A stretch of DNA of 64,000 bases from Balanoglossus misakiensis (lineage: Eukaryota > Animalia > Hemichordata), in NCBI GenBank assembly GCA_040954595.2, contig CM082582.2, positions 2,278,303 to 2,342,302 on the forward strand, in the 5' to 3' direction. Shown one piece after another: positions 1 to 12,356 of this stretch (its first letter is position 1; every line of letters begins with the position of its first letter). Both the position numbers and the translations under genes were made by a program. Under the pieces are notes generated by a model, which was not told where the DNA came from, did no database searches, and was given only the letters and a program-made list of their open reading frames with translations.

Positions 1-864
1 ACAGAAACTCTCACATATGCCAATTCAAGAAAAACAATATATTGTCTCAAATATATACATTATGTTTCAACAGATATTGGCCCCCGAAATTACAAAAACC
101 ACCTATATATACACTTAAACACATTAATATCTCATAAATACATTTCAATTCATTGAACAGTTAATCAGTAAACATCAGGCATACCAATGACAATCACTGA
201 TAAGTGTGTGTAAGCAACACAAAGAAATTGACAGGACTGTCTTAAAGGGGAAAGTTACTGATGCATATGATGTGATTGCAATCAATACAGAACAATCGCC
301 ATAAAAATATACACAATGAATACAATGACAGTAATATACTAATTGTAATTATTGTCACTTTAAAGGGTCAAAATCACTGTTTGACTAATATGCACACAAA
401 TACATAGAATTGCAGAATAAACATACTCGGTATTTTCTAGTCTGTATGGAAATCACACAACAAAAACTACTTCTCCTATCAAACAAAATACCCCCCCCCC
501 CCTTAAAATCATAAACAACGACTTTGTCCCCTTATCCTACAGGACCTGCAACCACCCCCCCCCCCCCCCAATTAAGACTCTGATTAATATCACCTGTACA
601 GGCTCTTTGTCTTTATACTTGTCAGGTCTTCCTAATTCTTGTTTACTCCTGACATGTGAACAGGAGTAAAAAACGACACAGACCTGACCATGATAAAGAC
701 AGAGCATATCTTTACAGCTGCCATTAATCAGAGATTGAATTAAAACACAACAAATGTGGCCCCGTCACCATTAGATTGCCACACAATTTTTATTATCAGG
801 ACGGGTTTATTCTTTGGAATTATTTTGCTGTATATCACGTTTGTCTCAATGTTAGTGTCAGTAT

Positions 865-3800
865 TCAAATCTGAATGCGTATGGCTTCATGAAAACTAAA
901 GTATTTGGGTACAATCTCTACTGTGACATTTTCTATGCCTTTCACATATACATGGTCAATCAATGTACCAGCTTCTGTGGTTGCTCTATTAACACACTGC
1001 TTGAAACCACAGCATTGCATTAAATCCACAAGAGATGACGATGTGAATATGTTCTCATTGAAATCACCCATGATCACTATCCCACCATGGCGTTTACCCA
1101 TTTCATTCACTAAGAGAAGCAAGCTCTTCATGAATGTCTCCATTTTGTATGATGGTGGTCTGTAAACTACTGCTACTGTTACATTGATGTCTTCAACATA
1201 AAATGCCATATATTCTAGGTTAACAACAGGTAGATGCAAAATTTCAACGGTTCTGGGAATAGTACAGTACACTCCAACACCACCCCTATGTTGCGATTGC
1301 AAAGTTGCAGTATTGTTATTAAATTGATTATAGGATGAACTTCGAGGTTTGTGACTAAATACAAAACCACTGACTTCTAAATCAGATTCTATTGTTGTCT
1401 CTGATAGCCATGTTTCTGTCAAACAAATGAAGTCTGACTCCAAATATTCAGCACCACTGTGAATATCTTCAATGTGGTTTTGAACACCCTCAATATTATG
1501 CAGTATGAAAGTGCAAGCATGACTTGTCTGCAACTTTGTTTCACATGTATCAAGAAACTGTGGCATTTCTGCCAAAGCAGCCTGTATCTTTGGATTGCAA
1601 TAAATAGAAGATGTTTCAAATTCATCAATGACAAGACCTTCCAATGATGTCACTCGACTCAACGCAACATATGCCTGTCCTGGTGCAAACATCTTCTTTA
1701 AACTAACCACAGCTTTATCAACTGTCAATCCTTGTACCTTGTGCACTGTACATGCCCATGCTAGTTTCAGAGGAAACTGTCTCCTAATACCACCATTAAT
1801 TGCAACGGACAATTCCTGAGGTTCAATACGTGTGCTCCTTTCTGGTAACTGAACTACATTAGGTGTTTTCCTGCGCAACTTTTGCCCAACACTTACATTA
1901 TCAAACACCACATAAACAGCCGTTGGGAAAGTCCCAGATTCCTTCACTTCAATATGGCATACTGTTCCAAATACACCATTCACCAGCCCATCAGAAACAT
2001 CTATATTTTGTGTCAATTGAACTCGTGCATTAATGGCTAGAGTTACACTTTTAGGCAACATTGTCCTGTAGACTTTTGCGTGATGACCTTCCTTTCTTTC
2101 CAATTTCCCCGTAGTAGCATTTTTGATGAAATCTTCTGCTTCAATACACACAGGATCAGAACATAACGAATGAAGCATTGTAACATTGCATTTATTTACT
2201 TCTGCATTTGTACCAAAAATGTGAATTGCCTCAGAGGATTCACCAGTGACACATTTCTGAAACATTTCCAAGTCATTTGCTTCCAGTGCCTCTCCCTTCT
2301 TGTGAAGTCTTAGGCGATTCAGTGCTTCTGCAAAGCCACTATCCTTCTGTCTCATTATTTCAGTCAGCTCAACAATCTTGAAATTATCACTCCACAAACT
2401 AATTACATCATTGTCTATGCATAGTGGACTTCCTTTCACAGGCGGAAGTTGGTAAAAATCACCAACAGCAATGACACTTACATTTCCAAATGGTGCCTGA
2501 CTTGAGCGTTGTTTGAGTTGTCTTAATCTTCCATGAACGTAGTGCAATAACTTCTTGTCAACCATAGAAATTTCATCTATTATTAAAATTTCCACATTTC
2601 CAAGTTTTGAACGCAGACTGTTTATCTTTTCCTCATGCAGTGGCTGATATGGCAGCTTTGAGTCAACTGCTATTGAAAATGCATGGTGCAGTGTTTCTCC
2701 TTCAATATTAAAAGCAGCTACACCAGTTGGAGCAGTCAGCATTACAGAGACCTCATCTGGGGATGGCAATACACGAGCTAGAATTCGTTTGGCTTCATGA
2801 TACAACGTCTTGATCAAATGGCTTTTCCCAGTGCCAGCACCACCACTCACAAATAAATAAAAAGGCTCTGGATTCTTTCCATTACTTTTATCCAAACACC
2901 ACTGTCTCACACTATAGAAGATTTCTGCCTGTTTTTTGTTCAATGATCTACACATTGCTGCAATCTCTGCTCTTGATGTCGAAGTAGCAATCTCTACACT
3001 GCAATTACCTTGTGCTTTTGCCACCAAGTCTGGAATATCATCTGTTTCATCTCCATCATCATCGTCATTGCATTTTTTGCCTTCCTCAATACATTCCAAT
3101 CTGTCTAATTCATTTTCTGGGCAGATTTGTGCCCATGCATCTTCCAGTGGTTCATTATTCCCACCAAGGAATTCTTCAGCCATATCAACAGCATCAGCCT
3201 CTTTTTCATACAATGCTTTGTTCCTTTCCACTATGTCCTTCACTTTTTCTACAGATTCAGATCCACATTTCACAGCACCAACATGATAGAAATCCTCGTA
3301 GGATTCAAAACCTCTAGGTTTCAGTTGAGAATCAACCCGGTGTGGTAGAAAGAGTTCCAAGATACTACGATAATACTTCTCTGGATATTTTGTCACTGAG
3401 AATCTTGCATATCTGATGACAGCTGGTTCAGTTCGTGATCTCTTTTGCATATAGCCAATATCATTTTGTAACTTTACTAGTGGATTATGTCGTTTCTCAT
3501 CATTGACATTTACAACTTCTGCTTTTGAAACTATTCTGTATTCTGAGCAAAATGTAGCAAGACACATGCTATCAAAATCTATCCCATTTGGTCTGTTCTT
3601 GTATCTGTCAACGATACTGTGCATCCAGATGCTTTCCTCATCGACCTCATCACCCTTCATTTTGTTTCTTATTGTGGCAAATGGTAAACTCATTTTGATA
3701 GGATTCTCTCCAGTTGGAATAAACTGAACTTTTCGAGATGATTGCTTCAGTTTCAATCCACACACTCTATATACAGCTTCCTGGGCACTTACTTCTCTGT

Positions 3801-6800
3801 TGTGCAAATATACACTGCCCAACTGTTGCAATGCAGATTTAGCATCCATATTTCCTTCCTTGTTAGCTTCTCTCTGGGCGTGCTCCAGAAGTAAACCCAT
3901 CTCTCTTTCTGCCTTGGAAATGTATGATACAATATACACAACACATGCATAAGCATCAACAACAAACTGGATATCCATATTTGCATTCCAACAACGCAGA
4001 AGACAAGGATTGTATTGGTTTACCCACACATCATTAGGCTGACGTTTCATAACTATACTTGTCTTTTTTGAAACAATTGAATGTGCTCTCTCATAGGCTT
4101 CCTGGGATATACTAACTTCCTCAAATAAGTCATCTATGGTATCATACTCTTTCTCCTTGTCATTCATTGCCACCCAAACTTTCTCTAGAAGCGTTGTAGC
4201 CATCTTTTGCTCCACTGGTGAAACACTCAGCTCTGAAATGGCAATTTCAAATGCTTCGCGACTCTCTGCCTTTTCTAGATCTTCTGGTACTTTATTCACT
4301 ACACTGTCAACAGGGCGACATACAAATGTCTCTTTTGATGGTGGCCGTGGAAAATTAAATCTACATTTAGTATTTTTCTTCTTGCAAGATTTCGAATGAC
4401 GTGTGCTGTGTTTCTGAACTGACTTAACAATGTCATGCAATTCTTCATCATTGTCAGATGATGGCATTTCACACATTACATATGTGTCAACAAAATCAAC
4501 CACTTCATCATCAGAATCCTTGTCTACTCTGGGTGCATCTTCAACCCAAAATAAGCAGTGTGTGTGGGGTGACCCACGTTGTTGGAATTCTACTCGATAA
4601 AAGTAATCTTTGATTTTCCCAATAGGATTGGCTGGTGACATAATGACATCTTTCAGAAAACTTTGAAACCGATGATCAAACATTCTTGCAGCTGTTACTG
4701 GGTTACGCTTCAAAATACCACATTTCTCAGACCAATCAAGATCCTCTGCATTACGTGTATCACCTTCACCACGAAGTAATGTCTCGATTAGTTCTTTCCA
4801 TCGCAAATCAGCAGACGAAAATGAACAGAACCATGTTGGTATACCTAGCTGTCTGATCATCGCAAACAAATCTTTCTGTGTAGCTTGCCAGTAAGGGGGT
4901 GTCCCTCTGATAGGTTTCAAAAACTTGTAACCTTCATCACACTTCAAAATCTCTTGCAAAGATTCTCTGTCAGTCAAAACATCAGATGTTACTTTTTTCC
5001 CACAAGCATGAGCAGTTCCTTTTCTCAATGCAATAGACACATTAGATACAACCTGCTCAATTTCTGACAAATACTGTGAATAGAATATGTAGTCGGTATT
5101 TTGTGCAAACCTATTGCTTGCATTCATCAAACGACTTTGCAAGTATCGACCTATAGTAATTTTAATTTCTCTGTCATCATGAAATGTTGGTGACCCAGTT
5201 GGAAATAACACTGGAAAGCACTTGGCTTCATTGAATTTCTCCATCAAAACACTAACAGGTGCATTGCCTTCTGCAGGAGCAACAGAGATTATAGCATCAA
5301 AATGATAATCAAGAATATCTTGAGCTATATTGACTGGCTGAAAGCATGTGTCCATGAATATTCCGTTAGTATCCTTTTCAGGCTCATTTCCATCCTCTGT
5401 ATCTGATGACACATCATCATCAATATCTTTGAAATCTGAAGGTTCATCTTTTGTTTTTTCCAGACAATTTTCCCAATCCACATTGAATTTCACATCACTA
5501 TACCACATGTTATTTCTCTGTAAATAATCTAATGCATTCTGAATGTGGCTTTTAGTTACAAACTGATACTGATAAGAACCCTTGTAAGTCAATTTTCGCT
5601 TCAGTTTTACCTTTATCATTTGATCATCCAATTCACCTCGTGGCAAAATACTTGTAGCTTTCTCAATATTAGATGGCACACATACAACAGGTCCATGGAC
5701 ACCATTCTGCCCACCTTTTGGCAATGCAAGCATTTTCATAAACGGAATATGTAATGCAATCAGATGTTGTTCTAGAGAATTCAGGCATTCCAATTCACGA
5801 GGAATTGGGTTTACATGCAGATTGTTTGCAACAGCTTGAACTGGCATCTTTCCACGCAACAGTTTATTATCACATGTGTAACAAATCCACACCTTACTAC
5901 CTGCACTATTCTCAAGTGGGCACTCAACAGGACATAATAAACTACATTTATGTACATAATCTTCTCTAATGCAATTCTCAGCAATATCACAGGATGCCGT
6001 CTTAGTTGCATATTTATCTCTTTTGCAAAGAATTACTTGCTTTCTGAAAAGTCGCCTGTGGCAAACAGAACACACACAGTCTGGACCATTTGATACCTGA
6101 TTCCGGAAAGCAGCAATAACATGGCCTAAATTTCTCTTTCGAATTTTGTTCTGTTCTCTCTCTCTTCTCCTTCTTTCCAATACACTCTCTCTATAGTCCG
6201 GGTTTTGTTTGTACCTTTGTGAACACTGTCTCTGCTGATTTTCTCTGACCAGGGGAATTTGTCTATATTGTTCACAAAATTCTGATTTTTTCTTGTCACG
6301 AAATCCTTCATCGTGCTCATATTTGTGTGAAAATCTTGTTTTCTCAGATTGACGAAACAATTCGTCATGCTCATATTTCTCAGTGAATTTCACCTTCTTT
6401 GCTTCACGATACAGTGTGTCATGCTGGTACTTCTCGGACAACTTCGCCTTCTTTGCTTCACGGAACAAACTGTCATGCCGGTACTTCTCTGATGATTTCA
6501 CCTTCTTTGCCTCACGAAACAATGTGTCATGCCGGTACTTCTCTGATGATTTCACCTTCATTGCCTCACGAAACAATGCGTCATGCCGGTACTTCTCTGA
6601 TGATTTCACCTTCTTTGCCTCACGAAACAATGCGTCATGCTGGTACTTCTGTGAAAATTTCTGTTTCTTAACCTCTTTGTATGATATATCTTCATGGTAC
6701 CTTCTTTTCCTTTTCAGTTTCAGTTGCTCTCTGATTTCACAATTACTATGATACAACGCATGCTGTCTATCAGCCCTTCTGCTCTTTGTTTTAACATTTG

Positions 6801-8202
6801 CACTAGGTGCACTTTCCATACTTTGTTTGTGTTGATATTTCACTCTTTTCAGTTCTTTTCGAAGCCGTGTACTCATGCGCCTTTTCCTCTTAACTCCTGT
6901 TTCAATCCTCAGTGGCTGCAAATTGTCATTCACAATCTCTTTATTTGGACATTTCCTTTGTGAACAAGAAATCTCACTACTTGTGACAGATTTGCAGTTG
7001 TCAGTCACATTTACACTAGACAATTCTACATCACAATCAGTATGTGTGCAGTGACAGGTTTCCAAGTTAGGTGTTTTGACACACTCAACAACATCAAAAT
7101 GATTTTGATTCAGATGATAAATATAGATACCATCACCTCGACTGCAATTCCTCTCATTAAATTCAGTGCAAGGGTGTTTCCACCATCTGCCAATGCTATG
7201 GACATATATGTCTGTATTCAACAAGTTCGCTGCTGCGAAGATTTCAACTTCGGAACCCCAAATGTTAAGGCAATCCATTCTAGACTTTTTAATGTAGTCT
7301 GCAACTGATGTATATCCCATTGCCTTTATGAAATCTAAATATGCATTCTCATTGACTTTCAAGTGATTAACAATGGCTTTTCGCATCACTCTGTGATTTC
7401 TCTCACTTCCACTTACAGCATATGACAACGCCCGAAACAAACAGTTACCATCACCAACAATTGACTTTATTTTACAGGGTTCACCAGCTTCCGCACCCTC
7501 AAATCCATTTACACACTCAGTACTAGTTTCATTATGTAAGTGAAGTTTCTCACATAACTCATGCTGTATCACAGACGTAATTGGACAAAATAAATATTCA
7601 CTGGTTTCGGTACCAACATTATGTAAATCTTGTGAATCATTTCCAACACACTCTGTTTCTGTAACTCTTGCTATGTTCACATTATCGACTTCTCCCATCA
7701 CATAAGTCTCCTCAACTTCATGCTCAACAGTAATTCCTCTTTGATCACCTTCATCATGTGCAACATCACGTGCCATAGTGTTACTTACGTCCTCAAAATC
7801 TCCAACATGTTCACCATGACCCTGAATAACAGCATTATCAGATTTATTTTGCCAGTCATTTAGATCCCAAAGGACACCATCAGATTCATTTCGCAAGTCA
7901 TCTAGATCCCGAAGGACACCATAAGAGTTATTTTGCAAGTTATCATGATCCCGAAGGACACCATAAGAGTTATTTTGCAAGTTCTTAGCGTCCCGAAGGA
8001 CATCATTTCCAGATTTATTATCCAAGTTCATAAGGTCCCGAGGGACATAATTTTCAGATACATTTTCCACTGTAACAGTGTCATTTTGGTCAAACAGGAC
8101 AGATTGGCCCTGAGTGACAATTCCACTGGTTGGTGGGACACGACCCAAACCCAACCGCTTCTTCTGCACATCACTCTTCTTCCAGTACTTCTTACGAGGC
8201 AT
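865..8202 (-). CDS. Helentron RepHel polyprotein: OTU protease, Cys-rich region, Rep (HUH/Y2) endonuclease, Pif1-family helicase, C-terminal AP-endonuclease (EEP)
   Basis: Uninterrupted 2445-aa ORF. OTU motifs VGDGNCLFRALS, WGSEVEI, HFDVV. Rep motifs RVEFQQRGSPHTH and YIVSYISK. Helicase motifs GGAGTGKS, IIDEISMV, GDFYQLPPV, TVHKVQG, YVALSR. APE motifs LTETWL, VYRPP, GDFN, LIDHVY. Confidence 0.95.
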   Translation of the reverse strand: MPRKKYWKKSDVQKKRLGLGRVPPTSGIVTQGQSVLFDQNDTVTVENVSENYVPRDLMNLDNKSGNDVLRDAKNLQNNSYGVLRDHDNLQNNSYGVLRDLDDLRNESDGVLWDLNDWQNKSDNAVIQGHGEHVGDFEDVSNTMARDVAHDEGDQRGITVEHEVEETYVMGEVDNVNIARVTETECVGNDSQDLHNVGTETSEYLFCPITSVIQHELCEKLHLHNETSTECVNGFEGAEAGEPCKIKSIVGDGNCLFRALSYAVSGSERNHRVMRKAIVNHLKVNENAYLDFIKAMGYTSVADYIKKSRMDCLNIWGSEVEIFAAANLLNTDIYVHSIGRWWKHPCTEFNERNCSRGDGIYIYHLNQNHFDVVECVKTPNLETCHCTHTDCDVELSSVNVTDNCKSVTSSEISCSQRKCPNKEIVNDNLQPLRIETGVKRKRRMSTRLRKELKRVKYQHKQSMESAPSANVKTKSRRADRQHALYHSNCEIREQLKLKRKRRYHEDISYKEVKKQKFSQKYQHDALFREAKKVKSSEKYRHDALFREAMKVKSSEKYRHDTLFREAKKVKSSEKYRHDSLFREAKKAKLSEKYQHDTLYREAKKVKFTEKYEHDELFRQSEKTRFSHKYEHDEGFRDKKKSEFCEQYRQIPLVRENQQRQCSQRYKQNPDYRESVLERRRREREQNKIRKRNLGHVIAAFRNQVSNGPDCVCSVCHRRLFRKQVILCKRDKYATKTASCDIAENCIREDYVHKCSLLCPVECPLENSAGSKVWICYTCDNKLLRGKMPVQAVANNLHVNPIPRELECLNSLEQHLIALHIPFMKMLALPKGGQNGVHGPVVCVPSNIEKATSILPRGELDDQMIKVKLKRKLTYKGSYQYQFVTKSHIQNALDYLQRNNMWYSDVKFNVDWENCLEKTKDEPSDFKDIDDDVSSDTEDGNEPEKDTNGIFMDTCFQPVNIAQDILDYHFDAIISVAPAEGNAPVSVLMEKFNEAKCFPVLFPTGSPTFHDDREIKITIGRYLQSRLMNASNRFAQNTDYIFYSQYLSEIEQVVSNVSIALRKGTAHACGKKVTSDVLTDRESLQEILKCDEGYKFLKPIRGTPPYWQATQKDLFAMIRQLGIPTWFCSFSSADLRWKELIETLLRGEGDTRNAEDLDWSEKCGILKRNPVTAARMFDHRFQSFLKDVIMSPANPIGKIKDYFYRVEFQQRGSPHTHCLFWVEDAPRVDKDSDDEVVDFVDTYVMCEMPSSDNDEELHDIVKSVQKHSTRHSKSCKKKNTKCRFNFPRPPSKETFVCRPVDSVVNKVPEDLEKAESREAFEIAISELSVSPVEQKMATTLLEKVWVAMNDKEKEYDTIDDLFEEVSISQEAYERAHSIVSKKTSIVMKRQPNDVWVNQYNPCLLRCWNANMDIQFVVDAYACVVYIVSYISKAEREMGLLLEHAQREANKEGNMDAKSALQQLGSVYLHNREVSAQEAVYRVCGLKLKQSSRKVQFIPTGENPIKMSLPFATIRNKMKGDEVDEESIWMHSIVDRYKNRPNGIDFDSMCLATFCSEYRIVSKAEVVNVNDEKRHNPLVKLQNDIGYMQKRSRTEPAVIRYARFSVTKYPEKYYRSILELFLPHRVDSQLKPRGFESYEDFYHVGAVKCGSESVEKVKDIVERNKALYEKEADAVDMAEEFLGGNNEPLEDAWAQICPENELDRLECIEEGKKCNDDDDGDETDDIPDLVAKAQGNCSVEIATSTSRAEIAAMCRSLNKKQAEIFYSVRQWCLDKSNGKNPEPFYLFVSGGAGTGKSHLIKTLYHEAKRILARVLPSPDEVSVMLTAPTGVAAFNIEGETLHHAFSIAVDSKLPYQPLHEEKINSLRSKLGNVEILIIDEISMVDKKLLHYVHGRLRQLKQRSSQAPFGNVSVIAVGDFYQLPPVKGSPLCIDNDVISLWSDNFKIVELTEIMRQKDSGFAEALNRLRLHKKGEALEANDLEMFQKCVTGESSEAIHIFGTNAEVNKCNVTMLHSLCSDPVCIEAEDFIKNATTGKLERKEGHHAKVYRTMLPKSVTLAINARVQLTQNIDVSDGLVNGVFGTVCHIEVKESGTFPTAVYVVFDNVSVGQKLRRKTPNVVQLPERSTRIEPQELSVAINGGIRRQFPLKLAWACTVHKVQGLTVDKAVVSLKKMFAPGQAYVALSRVTSLEGLVIDEFETSSIYCNPKIQAALAEMPQFLDTCETKLQTSHACTFILHNIEGVQNHIEDIHSGAEYLESDFICLTETWLSETTIESDLEVSGFVFSHKPRSSSYNQFNNNTATLQSQHRGGVGVYCTIPRTVEILHLPVVNLEYMAFYVEDINVTVAVVYRPPSYKMETFMKSLLLLVNEMGKRHGGIVIMGDFNENIFTSSSLVDLMQCCGFKQCVNRATTEAGTLIDHVYVKGIENVTVEIVPKYFSFHEAIRIQI
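6380..6690 (-). repeat. In-frame 54-bp tandem repeat in the Helentron ORF (18-aa unit SSEKYRHDALFREAKKVK)
   Basis: Five to six copies visible in DNA and translation, with more degenerate copies following. Confidence 0.9.
7860..8050 (-). repeat. In-frame 42-bp tandem repeat at the Helentron N-terminus (14-aa unit NLQNNSYGVLRDxD)
   Basis: Repeated cccgaaggacaccataagagttattttgcaagt, about 4-5 units. Confidence 0.85.
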
Positions 8203-8824
8203 CTGAAAAATATTTCAACATGATTACCATCACCAAACAGAAGTTAACAACTCATTGCTGATCAAACTATCCACATTTTGCAGTGCCTTCCCCATTTTAG
8301 TGTCTGCGTTACTTGTCCTCATGTTTTTCCCACCATGCCATTGAAATTATACAGGCCTGTCCACAAATAGGATCAATAATACTGGTACAAAGGTGAAATA
8401 TACATCTTGAATAGCAGCTATGCTCACCACATTTCTGTACTGTTCGTGTACATCAAACTACACCTTAACTCAGGCATCATTACAGCTGCTACACAACATT
8501 TTTAATTCCATCCATATCCCAGGATATGATCAATCCTGGTACACAACCATACATACAGTACACAAGCTCTCGACCAGCTATGTTGACCACACCTCTACAA
8601 ACTACAACACACTTGAAATCATCTGCTATATCTACAACACTTACCGTCAAATATGTTGTGTCACCAAAAACTGGAAAACAAACCAAATAACCTTATTAGA
8701 AAAAAATGTACATGATACAGTGATTCAACAAAACATACACAAAATCCCCACAAAGTGTGAAACTTACACAACAAAGCTTTTCAGATTTAGTTGAAAATGC
8801 CCTTCAAATTTCCATGTATGTTAA

Positions 8825-9171
8825 AGGGACAAAGTCTCTCTCACGCTGCCCTTTTTCAATCAATTATGTTTGATACAAGACACTGTTTATGTTATTCTAC
8901 ATGTGGCTAAATAGTGAATCAACGTTCGACCACACACAACTTCCACCCCGTTTGTAGGATATGAGAGTCAAAATCTCGCCAAAATGAATAAATGCTAAAC
9001 ACTGAATATTCATTTTGGTGAGTTTTTCACTCCCGTGTCTACAAGTCGGATGGAATTTGTGTGTGGTCGAATGTTGAATCTCTTTATAATCGCATGTAAA
9101 ATAACACAAACGATGTCTTGTATCAAATATAATTAACGGAAAAAAGCCAGCGAGAGACAGACTTTGTCCCT
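8825..9171. mobile_element. Kolobok-like MITE inside the Helentron 5' region
   Basis: ttaa-AGGGACAAAGTC ... GACTTTGTCCCT-tcaa (TIRs with near-TTAA flanks). A partial copy of the same left end occurs at ~34150-34270. Confidence 0.7.
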
Positions 9172-9794
9172 TCAACAATATTATACATAGCTACAAATAC
9201 GATTATTAATCAACAAAACTGTCAGTGAACAAACATAACACATGCCACTTTCATAGCCAGCCCTCAACAGATTAATATCCTCTCACAACAGTCAAAACCA
9301 CAATTGTATTACTTCAATCAACCATCTCTACACATTCAAATCCAAATGTTTGTCACAATGACTGAAATGAATCAAATAAAATTGATGAACACAGGAATGC
9401 CTCCCTCATTTAAATAACAATACACCTTCAAATAAACACCAATCATGGCACATCATTTCACCAGTATTTCCAGCATTTTTAAAGTGTCAAACAACTTTTA
9501 ATATCACACAATATTCCAGAAAACAGCTCAAAATCACACCCTTAATCCCTTCAGGTCATGGTCAAAAACAATATCAAACACTCACCTTGAGACTGAGATA
9601 TATCTGTTCAGCGTAATCTGTTAACAGAATAGACAAAAATATTACAACTTATTCACTGTTTTCCTCAGATAAACCACAACAGAAAAATGTGCAAGCATGT
9701 GTATGTAAGTCACAAACATGTCAGTATAAAAATACACATACATCATTCAAAATAACTCATACAGAACAGTGTCCTTGTCCACATCGAATTCTTA

Positions 9795-10500
9795 ATTCAA
9801 TTATTGCGTAGGCTACTCTGCGAAATACATGGTCGCCGCCATATTGAATTGCACTTAACCTGTTTATGGGTGAAAATTAAACCCTAATGAAACTGACATC
9901 GCCTCTCGCATCATCAAAATCTCACTACCGCCGGTACTACAAGTACACAACCGCCACCATCCAGCTTTCCACTCATCCAAATCACCGATAAAGTGATTAA
10001 AATTTACACCACTTTTACGACTCAGACATGTCAGCATAAATTATTGCGTAAGCAACTCTGCAAAACACATGGTCGCCGCCATATTGTATTGGACTTGCCT
10101 CTGTACATGTCGACATAAAACCCTAATGACACTGACATCGCCTCCTATATCATGAAAAATCTCACTACCGCCGGATCAACTACAACTACACAACCGTCAC
10201 CATCCAGCTTTCCACTCATCCAAATCACCGACAAAATGATTAACATTTACACCACTTTTACAACTGAGACATGTCAGCATAAATTATTGCGTACGCTACT
10301 CTGCAAAACACACGGTCGCCGCCATATTGTATTGGACTTGCCTCTGTACGAGTGAAAATATAACTCAAATTCAACTGATATCGGCTCTCATATCATCAAA
10401 ATCACACTACCGCTAGATAAACTACAACTACACGATTGTCACCACCCAGGTTTCCACTCGTTAAAATCACCGATAAGGCGATTACTACCACTTTCAAAAC
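9795..10500. repeat. About three copies of a ~240-bp tandem repeat upstream of the Helentron ORF
   Basis: aattattgcgta...ggtcgccgccatattg recurs at ~9800, ~10040 and ~10283. Confidence 0.85.
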
Positions 10501-10792
10501 TTCGACATGTTAGCAAATTACACTCACCAGTAAATCAGCTGACCCCTACTGTAGACGTGTTTCCGTAATCACATTCGTTTTCGGATCCGTCAACCTGAAA
10601 GCTCTGTAGAACAGCTTCGGATTCAAGTGCACAGAGGTCAAACAGCCTCTTCCTGCACAAAGTTTTCACTAGTACAAGGTATATCAACGCATTACACAAA
10701 ATCGACCAAAATATTGCTTTGATGTTGAGCTAAGGTTTGTTGCTATGCGCTATTTTGGCTTGGGCCCGCCATTGCTGCTTGGCAGCTATATT

Positions 10793-12356
10793 CTTCTACT
10801 TCTTCTTCTTCTTGTGTCATTTTTTTGTCCAGCTAGATCTTGAAAACGGCTGAACCTACAAATCTCACATTTGGCACAATGGTGCAGGCCAATGAGAGCT
10901 AGTGCAGTACCCTTGTGAATGTTAAATTAGTCACGTGACCTGATGACCATATATGGGCAAAGTTTTCAATTCGACCTTATTTGCATATGAATGGAGATAT
11001 CAAAATTCTTTTAGCAACTTTTGCGGACCATGTGGCCAGGGTTCTACATGCCAAATGTCAAGGCCATTGGCCATTCCAATTTTGAGAAGAAGATTTTTAA
11101 GTATTATTTTTCATATTTTTTACCAAGCCATGGGCCTATACTTTCCATAGTAAAGCCATGACCACATATTATTTTGGATAAATATGCATACATATCTCAA
11201 AATCTGTCAGGCCAATCTTCTTCAACTTTGGTATGCAGCTAGCCTAGCATTTGTCAATAATTTTAAGCGAAAAAATATAGTATGAAAAATCGACCGATTT
11301 TTTTATATTAATTTTTTTATTAAATAATACCTTTACTTATACCTCTATGGATAAGCTATGTCCATGTCTTATTGTGGAATTCTGGTCTGTGCAATAGTCC
11401 TGTACAGTGACTGTCTATTGGTCGGTGAGCACAATGGCACCAAAATAAAAGGCACAATTTTAGGCTCACCTGTAACACCTGCTTAACTCATTAATTATGT
11501 GCATACCTAATTCTGGGCTAAATAAGAGGGCTAGAGGTTTCGTTCTTGTGGGACATGGACCAGTATAGGGTCAAAATTTCTTGCCCAAATTTTGGGTGAC
11601 CTCAGGTGACCTTTGACCTACTTTCCTATATCTTGGCATCCAGAGCAGGTACAGACTTGGCATTTGGAGGGTTGGGACTAAAATTGAAAAGGCAACACTG
11701 GGGGTCACCTGTGACACCTGCTTAACTCATTAATTATGTGCATACCTAATTCTGGGTTAACTAAGAGGGCTAGAGGTTTCGTTCTTGTGGGACATGGACC
11801 AGTATAGGGTCAAAATTTCTTGCCCAAATTTTGGGTGACCTCAGGTGACCTTTGACCTACTTTCCTATATCTCCGCATCCAGAGCAGGTACAGACTTGGC
11901 GTTTGGAGGGTTGGGACTAAAATTGAAAAGCCAAAATTGGGGTCACCTGTGACACCTGCTTATCTCATTAATTATGTGCATACCTAATTCCAGGCTAAGC
12001 AATAGGGCTAGAGGTTTGATTTATGCTGACCATGGACCAGTATGGGGTCAAAATTTTTTGCCCAAATTTTGGGTGACCTCAGGTGACCTTTGACCTACTT
12101 TACCATATCTCGGCATCCACAGCAGATACAGCCTTGGCATTTGGAGGGATGGAACTCCTGATGGAGCCTTACACTTTATCTCATTAATTATGCGCATACC
12201 TAATTGTAGGCGAACCAATAGGGCTAGAGATTTTGTTCTTGTGGGACACAGACCAGTATGGGGGTCAAAATTTCTTGCCCAAATTTCGGGTGACCTCTTC
12301 TGACCTTTGACCTTCGGCTTAAGCTTGGGCCCGTCATCGCTGCTTGCAGCTATATT
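10793..12356 (+). mobile_element. Non-autonomous Helentron (HINE/DINE-1-like) body, interrupted at its start by the autonomous element
   Basis: Starts in a (CTT)n tract, carries ~3.5 copies of the ~238-bp internal repeat, ends gcttgggcccgtcatcgctgcttgcagctatatt. Highly similar to 56.7-59.5 kb and to the reverse complement of 60055-61228. Confidence 0.85.

Larger units (their letters stand above)
1..10792 (-). mobile_element. Autonomous Helentron (endonuclease-encoding Helitron); other terminus lies outside the window
   Basis: Contains the RepHel-EN ORF. Ends at gcttgggccc-gccatt-gctgcttggcagc-tatatt (subterminal IR plus hairpin, ~10758-10792), shared with non-autonomous copies at ~12323-12356, 57872-57905 and 59514-59547. 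Confidence 0.85.

Noticed and set aside
905-8223. Many plus-strand and alternate-frame ORFs overlapping the Helentron ORF
   Set aside because: Antisense or shadow ORFs with no recognisable motifs.
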